Positions 8,551 to 17,514 of a DNA stretch of 64,000 nt are shown piece by piece. The first letter of the stretch is position 1. Each line of letters opens with the position of its first letter. The DNA comes from a bacterium (lineage in GTDB: Bacteria > Patescibacteriota > Minisyncoccia > Phycocordibacterales > UBA9973): NCBI GenBank assembly GCA_037143195.1, contig JBAWZD010000002.1:3206-67205 (forward strand), written 5' to 3'. Below the pieces are notes generated by a model. It ran no database searches. It was given only the letters and a program-made list of their open reading frames with translations, and was not told the DNA's origin. Both the position numbers and the translations under genes were made by a program.

Positions 8551-10245
8551 ATGCCCCAAGACTTTGATGACAAAATCGACCGTAATATAGCGGAATTTCG
8601 CGCACAGGAAGAAGAGGCGCTCGCGAGCGTCCTTGCGACCTCAAAATACGACATTCCTTACGTCAATCTCTCAACGACGGCCGTCCAAAATGAGGCACTC
8701 CGCCTGGTTGCCGAAGAAGATGCTCGTCGAATCAAAGTCGCTCCATTCAAACTCTCTGGCAAAGAAGTTTCCGTCGCGATTCTCGACCCATCGAGTGACG
8801 ATGTGGTGACCTGCTTCGAAGAACTCGAACACAAAGGCTGGACTCCCCGCCCGTTTATGGCAAGTCATGCAAGTCTTGAACATGCGTGGGCTCGTTACAA
8901 AGAAATCTCTTTCGCCCAAGAATCTCGCCGTGGTGGTCTTGATGTCTCAAGCGCGACGCTTGAGGATCTCGCAAAAGAAATCAAAAATCTCGGCGATGTG
9001 AAGCGTATCGTCGACGAAATCACGACCGGCCACGAGACTCACGCGACGTCTCGACTGCTGGAGGTTATCCTCGCTGGAGCTATTTCGCTCCAATGTTCCG
9101 ACGTGCATATCGAGCCAGAAGAAAAGCAAGCTCGCGTGCGTTTTCGTCTCGACGGAGTTCTGCAAGATATTCTTTTTCTTGACCCAAAACTGTATCACCT
9201 CCTCAACTCACGCATCAAACTCATTGCCGGATTAAAGCTGACCATCGTCACCAAAGCGCAGGACGGACGTTTTAGTATCTTTGAAAACGGCGTCGAAATT
9301 TCGATGCGTACTTCGACGATTCCTGGCTCCTACGGCGAATCAATCGTGATGCGTATTCTCGACCCAAAATCGATTCAAGTTGATCTTGCGAACATGGGTA
9401 TTGAGCCAAAACTCTTCACCATCATCGATGCTGAAATCAAAAAACCAAACGGCCTCATTCTCATTACCGGTCCGACAGGAAGTGGAAAAACCACGACGCT
9501 GTATGCGTTTTTGCGCAAAATCTATAGTCCAGAAATCAAAATGATCACCATTGAAGATCCAGTGGAATATCACCTCGACGGCATCACGCAAACACAAGTT
9601 GAACCTGGATATACATTCCTCGATGGATTGCGCGCAGCACTTCGCCAAGACCCAGACGTGATAATGGTGGGAGAAATTCGTGACGGAGAAACAGCAAAAA
9701 TCGCAGTTGAATCTGCACTGACTGGACACATCGTGTTCTCAACACTGCACACCAACAATGCGGCCGGAGTCATCCCCCGCTTGATTGATCTTGATGTAAA
9801 TCCAAAAATTTTGGTCTCCGCACTTTCGCTCTCTATCGCTCAGCGTCTCGTGCGTAAACTCTGCACCGTATGTAAAGTCGAGCGCCCCGTAAAACCGGAA
9901 GAAGAAGCACTCCTCCGCAAACTTTTAAAACAAGCAGCAGACCAAAACAAAAATATCGGCGCGTATAATCTCACGGCCGACATGCCAATCAAACTCTTTA
10001 CCGCTCCCGGATGCGAAGCATGTCACAACACCGGATACAAAGGACGTATGGGTATTTTTGAAGCAATCAAAACAGACGAAGCAATTGAAAAAATAATCCC
10101 AACCAATCCAAGTGAGCGCGAAATCAAACGTGTCGCCGCCACCCAAGGGATCTTCAACATGCAAGAAGACGGCATGGTCAAAATCCTCTCCGGCATCACC
10201 TCTATCGAAGAAGTGCAAAGCGTCGTGGACTTAACGGAAGAATAA
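8551..10245 (+). CDS. pilB: type IV pilus / type II secretion assembly ATPase (GspE/PilB family)
   Basis: There is an N-terminal GSPII_E_N-like region. Walker A is ILITGPTGSGKTTTLYAFL. Other motifs are LRQDPDVIMVGEIRDGETAKIAVESALTGHIVFSTLHTNNAAG and the C-terminal tetra-Cys zinc site CTVCKV...CEACHNTGYKGR. A TATACT -10 lies at about 8531-8536, just before the ATG at 8551. Confidence 0.9.
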   Translation: MPQDFDDKIDRNIAEFRAQEEEALASVLATSKYDIPYVNLSTTAVQNEALRLVAEEDARRIKVAPFKLSGKEVSVAILDPSSDDVVTCFEELEHKGWTPRPFMASHASLEHAWARYKEISFAQESRRGGLDVSSATLEDLAKEIKNLGDVKRIVDEITTGHETHATSRLLEVILAGAISLQCSDVHIEPEEKQARVRFRLDGVLQDILFLDPKLYHLLNSRIKLIAGLKLTIVTKAQDGRFSIFENGVEISMRTSTIPGSYGESIVMRILDPKSIQVDLANMGIEPKLFTIIDAEIKKPNGLILITGPTGSGKTTTLYAFLRKIYSPEIKMITIEDPVEYHLDGITQTQVEPGYTFLDGLRAALRQDPDVIMVGEIRDGETAKIAVESALTGHIVFSTLHTNNAAGVIPRLIDLDVNPKILVSALSLSIAQRLVRKLCTVCKVERPVKPEEEALLRKLLKQAADQNKNIGAYNLTADMPIKLFTAPGCEACHNTGYKGRMGIFEAIKTDEAIEKIIPTNPSEREIKRVAATQGIFNMQEDGMVKILSGITSIEEVQSVVDLTEE

Positions 10246-10264
10246 TTTTTTGTTCAGTCGCGAA

Positions 10265-10379
10265 CAAAACCGAAAGACACTTCTTTGAAGAAGGCCTTTC
10301 GCAGGCGCTTGGCGCCGAGAAGCCCGCGAGCGAGCACGCGAGACGGGTTGCCTTTTCAAAGAAGCGTCTTTCGGTTTTG
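10265..10379. other. long imperfect hairpin (25-bp stem, ~65-nt GC-rich loop); candidate structured RNA/terminator
   Basis: The 5' arm caaaaccgaaagacacttctttgaa (10265-10289) pairs with ttcaaagaagcgtctttcggttttg (10355-10379). The single non-Watson-Crick position is A·C on the plus strand but G·U on the minus strand. The loop contains nested GC-rich hairpins (ggcgcttggcgcc). Confidence 0.4.
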
Positions 10380-10694
10380 CCCACGAGGCAACAAAAAAAG
10401 CATAAATCTCTAAATAATCCTTCAAACAGCTAGGTGTTAAAAGTAAGGAGACCGCGGAGGATGGCTGCAGCACTTCCGGAAACGAGCCCGGGAGCCAAAA
10501 CGTCCTTTACGAGATCCTATACGGCCCAAGAGCCTGATCACTTAGAGATTTATGCCTTCTTTAAAACGACAACCCATCTATCGTACTCCCTATCGCGCAT
10601 CGCGCAAAGGGAACAAATGGTATACTGTGTGTATACCCTGTGCAAAAGGTGGGTATTGATTCAATTACATGTAGTCTAGCATACGATGTTTTAA

Positions 10695-11711
10695 ATGTCA
10701 ACCCCCTATCCACACCCCATGAATGACCCAGAACAAAAAAAGGAATACGACTCATATCTCGATCACACACTCCGACCGAGCACTTTTAGTGATTACATCG
10801 GCCAAGAATCGATCAAAGAAAATCTCAAAATACTTTTGCAAGCAGCAAGTGAGCGCAACCATCCAGCAGAACATATTCTTTTTTATGGACCACCAGGACT
10901 CGGCAAAACAACACTCGCGCATTTGATCGCAAAAGAAACTGGTCGTTCACTCAAATCAACATCTGGTCCGGCGATTGAAAAAGTTGGAGACCTTGCATCA
11001 ATCCTCACCAACCTGCAACCAGGAGATATTTTGTTCGTGGACGAAATTCACCGCCTCAACAAAACGATTGAGGAAGTCCTCTACCCTGCAATGGAGAGTG
11101 GTGTGCTCGATATCATCATCGGCAAGGGTCCAAGTGCTCGTACGATCCAACTCGATCTTCCTGCATTCACTCTCATCGCAGCGACAACGCGCATCGCGCT
11201 CCTCTCTGCTCCACTGCGCTCACGTTTCTCAGGCGGAACATTTCGTCTTGAATTCTATACTGAAGAAGAAATCGCCAAAATCATTCGTCGCAGTGCAAAC
11301 GTACTCGGTGTAACAATCGACGATGAAGCGGTGATTGAAATTGCAAAACGTGCACGCTTCACTCCTCGCACTGCAAACTATTTCCTCAAGCGCTGTCGTG
11401 ACTATGCGCAGGTGCACAAAAAAGATCTCGACAAGAAAACTGTTTTTCTTGCACTTTCACTCCTCGGCATCGACGAGCAAGGACTTTCAGAAAGTGATCG
11501 CCAAGTCCTCACTGTCATCATCGAGAAATTTAATGGTGGACCAGTTGGCTTGAACACCATCGCCGCCGCAACAAGCGAAGAGGAAGCGACGATCGAAGAA
11601 GTCATCGAGCCATACCTCATTCAACGAGGACTGCTCGATCGCACAACACGCGGACGTATTGCCACAAAGAAAGCGTACGAACATCTTGGGTTTGAATATC
11701 CGGAGCAGTAG
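10695..11711 (+). CDS. ruvB: Holliday junction branch migration ATPase RuvB
   Basis: The AAA+ Walker A is LFYGPPGLGKTTLAHLIAKE. The region FVDEIHRLNKTIEEVLYPAMES and the winged-helix C-terminus fit RuvB. Confidence 0.95.
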   Translation: MSTPYPHPMNDPEQKKEYDSYLDHTLRPSTFSDYIGQESIKENLKILLQAASERNHPAEHILFYGPPGLGKTTLAHLIAKETGRSLKSTSGPAIEKVGDLASILTNLQPGDILFVDEIHRLNKTIEEVLYPAMESGVLDIIIGKGPSARTIQLDLPAFTLIAATTRIALLSAPLRSRFSGGTFRLEFYTEEEIAKIIRRSANVLGVTIDDEAVIEIAKRARFTPRTANYFLKRCRDYAQVHKKDLDKKTVFLALSLLGIDEQGLSESDRQVLTVIIEKFNGGPVGLNTIAAATSEEEATIEEVIEPYLIQRGLLDRTTRGRIATKKAYEHLGFEYPEQ

Positions 11712-11719
11712 ATATCAAA

Positions 11720-11743
11720 AACCGGACCTTACAGGGTCCGGTT
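11720..11743 (-). terminator. stem-loop with U-tract on minus strand only
   Basis: aaccggacc-ttacag-ggtccggtt is a 9-bp stem. On the minus strand it is followed by uuuuugauauc. On the plus strand (after ruvB) no U-run follows, so ruvB-yebC-ruvC read-through is likely. Confidence 0.35.
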
Positions 11744-11940
11744 ACATTACATAGTGGCCCGCCGACTGAGTGCTTCCAAAAATTGAAAGCTAAAAAGTAT
11801 GAACCTCGCGGTTCTGGGTGGAAGATGATGGATATTTTCCATCATCAAATAACAAATCAAAGTTATCAATTTATTTTGGTTTTGGGGCCAATGATAGCGC
11901 ATCTTCCCTTCAGAATCAAAAAGCTGTATGCTGATTTTGT

Positions 11941-12465
11941 ATGTCAGGACACAATAAATGGTCACAAATTATGCGCCAAAAGGGCGCGAGCGACTCCAAG
12001 CGAGCTCAACAATTCGGCAAACTTTCGCGTATGATTTCGGCTCAAGTGAAGGTTGCAAAAGGCGACCGCAGCGCAGTGCTTGTACGCCAAGCAATCGAAA
12101 AGGCGCGTTCGGCTGATATGCCACTAGACACCATCGAGAGAGCTATCTCCAAGGCTACGGAGCAGAAAGACCTCGAAACCATCGTCTACGAGGCGTATGG
12201 CCCCGGTGGAGCGGGTCTCATCATCGAAGCACTCACCGAAAACCGCAACAAGGCGGCTCAGGAGATTCGCCACATCCTTTCGAAAAACGGTTTTGCTCTT
12301 GCGGGCATCGGCAGTGTCATGTGGGCGTTCCAAAAAATCGAGGGTGAACTTACTCCGACCATGACCGTTCCCCTCTCTGAAGCAGACACAAGTCTCTTGA
12401 TGAAACTCGTCGAGGAACTCGAGGCGAACGAAGAAGTCCAAGAAGTAATCACCAACGCAGAATAA
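11941..12465 (+). CDS. yebC: YebC/PmpR family probable transcriptional regulator
   Basis: The N-terminus MSGHNKWSQIMRQKGASDSKRAQQFGKL is the family signature. It sits in the classic position between ruvB and ruvC. Confidence 0.85.
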   Translation: MSGHNKWSQIMRQKGASDSKRAQQFGKLSRMISAQVKVAKGDRSAVLVRQAIEKARSADMPLDTIERAISKATEQKDLETIVYEAYGPGGAGLIIEALTENRNKAAQEIRHILSKNGFALAGIGSVMWAFQKIEGELTPTMTVPLSEADTSLLMKLVEELEANEEVQEVITNAE

Positions 12466-12469
12466 CTAT

Positions 12470-12943
12470 ATGCGCATTCTTGGTATAGACCCTGGAATTG
12501 AACGCGTCGGCATCGCCATTGTCGAGCGCGTGAATGGTAAAGAGACGCATCTTTACTCGGCGTGTTTCAAGACGTCATCAAAACTCGCGCACGCGGAACG
12601 TCTTGCACTCATTGGTGAAGAGCTTGAACGGGTGATCGCCGAATGGTCTCCGAATGGAGTCGCGATTGAAAAATTGTATTTTGAGACAAATACAAAAACG
12701 GCTATGAGTGTGGCGGAGGCTCGTGGGGTGATGTTGTATTCGGGAGCGCGAGCGAAGCTCGCGCTCTATGAGTACACTCCGCTCCAAATCAAAGTCGCAG
12801 TCACCGGCTACGGCAAAAGCGACAAACACGCCATCATGGACATGGTCCCTCGACTCATAAAACTCCCCAACCGACCTATGATTGACGACGAAGTAGACGC
12901 GATTGCGATCGCACTCACCTGTTTCGCGTACGAAAAAATATAG
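12470..12943 (+). CDS. ruvC: Holliday junction resolvase RuvC
   Basis: MRILGIDPGIERVGIAIVE is the RNase H-fold N-terminus with a catalytic Asp. The protein is about 157 aa. Confidence 0.9.
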   Translation: MRILGIDPGIERVGIAIVERVNGKETHLYSACFKTSSKLAHAERLALIGEELERVIAEWSPNGVAIEKLYFETNTKTAMSVAEARGVMLYSGARAKLALYEYTPLQIKVAVTGYGKSDKHAIMDMVPRLIKLPNRPMIDDEVDAIAIALTCFAYEKI

Positions 12944-13044
12944 TTTTCCCCAACTCTCCTCGCAAAAAGGTTGCGAAGAAAAACTGCTTTTGATACAAAT
13001 GGATGCGTACAAGGTCGTTCGTAATAATAGTATTCATATAGTAT

Positions 13045-13227
13045 ATGCAATTTGAAGAAGATGAAGTTCGCCAGTCAGATGAAGATCCAGAATTCACGGG
13101 CACCGCGACAGACGACAGTGTAGACGATGAATTCATTGACGACGATGACATTCCAGTCGACGAGGAAGGAGAACTCCTCGACGAAGATGAGGACGAGGAA
13201 GACGACGAAGTCGCAGCAGACCTCTAG
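13045..13227 (+). CDS. 60-aa extremely acidic protein (hypothetical; DNA-mimic-like composition)
   Basis: The sequence is MQFEEDEVRQSDEDPEFTGTATDDSVDDEFIDDDDIPVDEEGELLDEDEDEEDDEVAADL, which is over 50 percent Asp/Glu. A clean intrinsic terminator follows directly. Confidence 0.4.
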   Translation: MQFEEDEVRQSDEDPEFTGTATDDSVDDEFIDDDDIPVDEEGELLDEDEDEEDDEVAADL

Positions 13228-13243
13228 TTTCCTTCGCAAAAAG

Positions 13244-13280
13244 AAAATGCCCAAGCGTACGCTTGGGCATTTTCTGTATT
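13244..13280. terminator. bidirectional rho-independent terminator between convergent genes
   Basis: The hairpin is aaaatgcccaagc-gtac-gcttgggcatttt, flanked by an A-run and a T-run. It serves the + acidic ORF and the - tyrS. Confidence 0.6.
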
Positions 13281-13288
13281 CGTTCTTA

Positions 13289-14677
13289 TTACTCGTAACG
13301 GAAGAATCTCATTTTACCAACACGGTATGTTCCTTTTTCTGGAGATGCTCCCACATCAGTCACTTTTTGGTCATTCTCAAGATGTGTGACCGCTCCTGCT
13401 TCGACAAGTCGACGTGCCTCCGTCTTTGAACTTGCCACCTCGGCACGCATCATCAAATCAATGATAGTCGCATACTCCCCTGTGACAACGGAAACATCTT
13501 CAGGGATTTTCTTTTCCGAAAATGTTTCTACCCAAGAATTCTCCGCAGTCTTTACGATCGCCTCTCCGTGGTATATTGCGACAATCTCACGGGCAAGTCG
13601 CATTTTGATATCACGTGGATTCGTCTTGCCATCGGTAAGCACTTGAGCAATCTCCTTGACCTCATCAAGCGGAGTGTATGTTGTGAGTTCGAAGTATCGA
13701 GGAATGAGCGTGTCAGGGAGCGACATGATTTTGCCGTACATATCGTTTGGCTCATCTGCGATACTGACATAGTTGTCGAGCGACTTGCTCATCTTCTCTT
13801 TCCCATCGAGCCCCTCGAGGATATCCATACTCATCACCGCTTGTTCTTTCTGCTTGTTCATCTTCATGACATCGCGGCCCATGAGCATGTTGAATGTCTG
13901 ATCTGTTCCCCCAATCTCAAGATCACACGACCCGTAGATATTTGCGAGTAGCGATGAATCGATCCCCTGAAGAACTGGATACAACATTTCGTGCATGTGA
14001 AGTTCCGCGCCACTTTGGATACGATCCTGAAACATATCACGCTCAATGAGTCGCGCATGGGTAATATGACGCAGTGTTCCCAAGATTCGCATGAATGACA
14101 CAGAGTGGATCTCTTTTGTATGGAGCATCGTCTTTTGCATGCGAGTACTGTCAAACAATACCGCCTTGCCCACAAACGATCGTGGGTCGAGCGTGTACTC
14201 CATCTTCTTGCCTTCAACCTCAACATTCATTGAGACCTTCGTATCAGGACTTGGCTCGATATCAGTCACATCCAAAAACCAATCTGAATTACAAATCCAA
14301 GAAAACACTTTTGGGTCGGTCGAAAGAATCTTTCCTACTTGATCAAGGTACGTCTGCATATTCGCTCGAATCTCGGCTTGGCTTATTTCCGGACGAGTTT
14401 TCGATTTTCCTGTCGGGTCACCGATGAGTGAGGTGTAGTCTCCAATCAAAAAGATCACCTTACAGCCAATATCTTGAAACGCGCGGAGTTTGCGCAAAAT
14501 AACAGCGTGGCCAAGGTGGATATCTGGTCGCGTAGGGTCAATACCAAGCTTTATCACAATATCACCCGCATGTTCACCGCGAGCTTTTTGTGCGACTTTC
14601 TCACGAAACGTATTTTCTGGGTCGATAAGCGTCGCAATCCCGCGAGAAAAAAGTTCATCAAGATTCACTGTATTCAT
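13289..14677 (-). CDS. tyrS: tyrosyl-tRNA synthetase (class I, with C-terminal S4 domain)
   Basis: The HIGH-type motif is PDIHLGHAVILRKL and the KMSKS motif is KMSKSLDNYVSI. The C-terminal S4-like region is ARRLVEAGAVTHLENDQKV. The ATG is at 14677 (MNTVNLDELF). Confidence 0.8.
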   Translation of the reverse strand: MNTVNLDELFSRGIATLIDPENTFREKVAQKARGEHAGDIVIKLGIDPTRPDIHLGHAVILRKLRAFQDIGCKVIFLIGDYTSLIGDPTGKSKTRPEISQAEIRANMQTYLDQVGKILSTDPKVFSWICNSDWFLDVTDIEPSPDTKVSMNVEVEGKKMEYTLDPRSFVGKAVLFDSTRMQKTMLHTKEIHSVSFMRILGTLRHITHARLIERDMFQDRIQSGAELHMHEMLYPVLQGIDSSLLANIYGSCDLEIGGTDQTFNMLMGRDVMKMNKQKEQAVMSMDILEGLDGKEKMSKSLDNYVSIADEPNDMYGKIMSLPDTLIPRYFELTTYTPLDEVKEIAQVLTDGKTNPRDIKMRLAREIVAIYHGEAIVKTAENSWVETFSEKKIPEDVSVVTGEYATIIDLMMRAEVASSKTEARRLVEAGAVTHLENDQKVTDVGASPEKGTYRVGKMRFFRYE

Positions 14678-14737
14678 ACGATGCACTTTACCACAAAAGG
14701 TTTTTTTTGTCCTCGGGCGCGTGATATGATTGTTTCC

Positions 14738-17254
14738 ATGAATAACCAAACAAAAACTCACCATATTCTCCGTAATATCGGATTCGCGTTTCTCGGAACT
14801 TGCGCACTGCTCAGTGGAATTCTGCTTGTTTGGATTAGTCTTATCAAGCTCCCTGATTTCAGTTCGTTTGATAGCCGAAAAGTAACCAACTCAACCAAAA
14901 TTTACGATCGTACTGGCACAATTGTCTTATATGACCTTGGCCAAAACGCTCACCGAACATCAATCCCCTACACTGAGATGGGGACAAGTATAAAAAATGC
15001 GACAGTCGCAATCGAAGACTCGAACTTCTATCAAAATTTTGGAATCGAACCAAAGGCGATGATCCGCGCGCTCATTGCTGACATCACCCACGCGGGTGCG
15101 GTGCAAGGTGGATCAACAATCACCCAACAAGTCATCAAAAAGAGTCTCCTCTCTGACGACAAAACGATTGTCCGAAAATTAAAAGAAGTCGTTCTTGCGC
15201 TCAAGCTTGAGCATGAATACACCAAAGACCAAATCCTTGGTGCGTATCTTAACGAAATTCCATATGGCGGAAATGTCTACGGTATCCAAGAAGCGTCTCA
15301 ATCATTCTTCGGTAAGAACCCAAGTGATCTTACACTCGCAGAGTCTGCCTACCTCGCCGCAATTCCAAACGCACCAACACACTATTCTCCGTACGGTTCA
15401 CACAAAAACGATCTTGATACACGAAAAAATTTCGTGCTTACTCGAGAACGTGACCTTGGGTTTATTACTGACACACAATTCACTCAAGCAAAAAACGAAC
15501 AAGTAGTATTTAAACCACAACAATCGAATGGAATTAAAGCTCCTCATTTTGTGTTTTTCATCAAGGATTATCTTGAACAGAAATACGGAGCAGACATGGT
15601 TGAATCCGGAGGACTGAAAGTCATCAGCACGCTTGATTACGATCTACAACAATCTGCTGAGAAGGCAGTCACTGAATATACACTTGGTGACAAGAAACAA
15701 ATCGACAAAGAAAATGCTGGACTTGTTGCAATAGACCCAAAGACAGGACAAGTGCTCGCAATGGTTGGCTCACGAAATTATTTTGATACAGAAATCGATG
15801 GTAATTTTAATGTCACCACAGCGCAACGCCAACCAGGATCTTCGTTTAAACCATTTATGTATGCAACAGCATTCGAAGGTGGATACACCGCTGAAACATC
15901 ACTCTTTGATGTTCCAACTGAATTTAACGCAAAATGTGATCCTTACGGGAAACCATACCCAGGTGTAACTCAAGACCAATGTTACATGCCACAAAACTAC
16001 GACCAGAAATACCATGGCCCAATGACTATTCGTGAGGCACTCGCTCGATCCATGAACGTGCCTGCAGTCAAAATGCTCTATATTGTGGGAGTTCAAAATG
16101 CAATCAAAACTGCCCAAGATATGGGAATCACAACACTCGCTGATTCGTCTCGATATGGTCTCGCGCTTGTGCTTGGAGGAGGTGAAGTAAAACTTCTTGA
16201 GATGGTGAGTGCGTATAGTGATTTTGCAGCCGAAGGTGTGCGTCATCCATATGCGAGTGTATTATCGGTCCAAGACAAAAACGGAAACACACTAGAATCA
16301 TGGCAGGATAATCCAGTCACCGTCCTTCCAAAAGATGTCACCCTCACCATGAGTGATATTCTTTCTGACAACACTGCTCGCACACCTACATTCGGGCCAA
16401 ACTCCTCACTCTATTTCCCAGACAGACAAGTCGCAGTAAAGACTGGAACAACAAATGATTACAAAGATTCATGGGCAATTGGATATACTCCATCACTCAC
16501 CGCTGGTGTGTGGGTTGGTAAAAACGATAATACGTCGATGCCAGTTGTTGTGACCGCGTCCCCTGTCTGGCACGCATTCATGCAAGAAGCACTCAAAAAA
16601 TACCCAAACGAAACGTTTGATAAACCCGCTATAAATCCAAACTATAATTCCCTTCCGCCAGTACTTCGTGGTTATTGGCAGGGAGGAAAAAGTTTTGTTG
16701 TTGACTCTGTGTCAGGAAAACTCGCAACAGATAAAACACCGCTCTCAACTCAAAAAGAATACGTAATCACTGACGTCCATGACATTTTACATTGGGTAAA
16801 TAAAACAAATCCAGCAAGTGGTGCTCCAACAAACCCAGAAAACGATCCTCTTTATAATAATTTTGAAACAGCTGTTCAAAATTGGTGGGCTCAAAATTAT
16901 ACAAAATACCCAATCGTTTCAGACACTCAAAAACCAACAGGGTATGATGATGTTCACACAACTAAAAATACACCGAGTATTATTATTGGTAGTCCAAAAA
17001 TGTCACAGCAGTTTAAACAAGATGATGTAGTCCCTGTTATTGTTAGTGAGACAGGTCAGTACCAACTCCAAAAAATTGATGTCTTTTTAAACAACTCTTT
17101 TGTTGGTTCAACAAAAAATGGTAATCCGCTTTTCACTTTCACCCCAAGCCAAGTCACCGGAGTACTTGTTGGAGAAAACAAACTTACCGTCACAGGTACT
17201 GATACCGCTGGTAATACAGTAACCGTGAGCGAACCAATTCAGATCACTGACTAA
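14738..17254 (+). CDS. class A penicillin-binding protein (PBP1A-type glycosyltransferase/transpeptidase)
   Basis: There is an N-terminal TM (ILRNIGFAFLGTCALLSGILLVWISL). GT51 motifs are AIEDSNFYQNFGIEPKAMIRAL and GGSTITQQVIKK. Transpeptidase motifs are SSFKPF (SxxK) and KTGTT. An extra Ig-like domain lies at the C-terminus. Confidence 0.9.
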   Translation: MNNQTKTHHILRNIGFAFLGTCALLSGILLVWISLIKLPDFSSFDSRKVTNSTKIYDRTGTIVLYDLGQNAHRTSIPYTEMGTSIKNATVAIEDSNFYQNFGIEPKAMIRALIADITHAGAVQGGSTITQQVIKKSLLSDDKTIVRKLKEVVLALKLEHEYTKDQILGAYLNEIPYGGNVYGIQEASQSFFGKNPSDLTLAESAYLAAIPNAPTHYSPYGSHKNDLDTRKNFVLTRERDLGFITDTQFTQAKNEQVVFKPQQSNGIKAPHFVFFIKDYLEQKYGADMVESGGLKVISTLDYDLQQSAEKAVTEYTLGDKKQIDKENAGLVAIDPKTGQVLAMVGSRNYFDTEIDGNFNVTTAQRQPGSSFKPFMYATAFEGGYTAETSLFDVPTEFNAKCDPYGKPYPGVTQDQCYMPQNYDQKYHGPMTIREALARSMNVPAVKMLYIVGVQNAIKTAQDMGITTLADSSRYGLALVLGGGEVKLLEMVSAYSDFAAEGVRHPYASVLSVQDKNGNTLESWQDNPVTVLPKDVTLTMSDILSDNTARTPTFGPNSSLYFPDRQVAVKTGTTNDYKDSWAIGYTPSLTAGVWVGKNDNTSMPVVVTASPVWHAFMQEALKKYPNETFDKPAINPNYNSLPPVLRGYWQGGKSFVVDSVSGKLATDKTPLSTQKEYVITDVHDILHWVNKTNPASGAPTNPENDPLYNNFETAVQNWWAQNYTKYPIVSDTQKPTGYDDVHTTKNTPSIIIGSPKMSQQFKQDDVVPVIVSETGQYQLQKIDVFLNNSFVGSTKNGNPLFTFTPSQVTGVLVGENKLTVTGTDTAGNTVTVSEPIQITD

Positions 17255-17508
17255 CCAACTCGGGTGATGTGTTTTGTGAGAGGACTCTCTTTGAGTGCGA
17301 GGAGTATTTTTTGTTGTTTTAAAAAAACTTCATTCTTTTGGAGTGCACTCATTTTAATTTGAACACTTGTTCCTTTTATAGATATCTTTGAGAGATCAGA
17401 AATAGTGATTGAATTCTTTTTAAGCACTAAAAGAACAGTATTCTTTGCATCATCACTTGATTGGGCAAGCTTCGCAAACCTCTCAAGAAAATCACCAATT
17501 CTCTTCAT
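17251..17508 (-). CDS. DUF721 (DciA-like) small protein downstream of dnaN
   Basis: The protein is 85 aa. IKGTSVQIKMSALQKNEVFLKQQKILLAL matches the DUF721 core pattern (..G.L.v.v.s..w..EL.f.k..il..l). It sits where such genes usually follow dnaN. Confidence 0.45.
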   Translation of the reverse strand: MKRIGDFLERFAKLAQSSDDAKNTVLLVLKKNSITISDLSKISIKGTSVQIKMSALQKNEVFLKQQKILLALKESPLTKHITRVG

Positions 17509-17514
17509 GAAATA

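Noticed and set aside
10400-10690. Possible SRP RNA / RNase P RNA / tmRNA in the pilB-ruvB gap (ccggaag and gctgcagcc-like strings)
   Set aside because: Resemblance to the SRP domain IV or RNase P P4 consensus is partial and not in the right arrangement on either strand. It cannot be supported without a covariance-model search.
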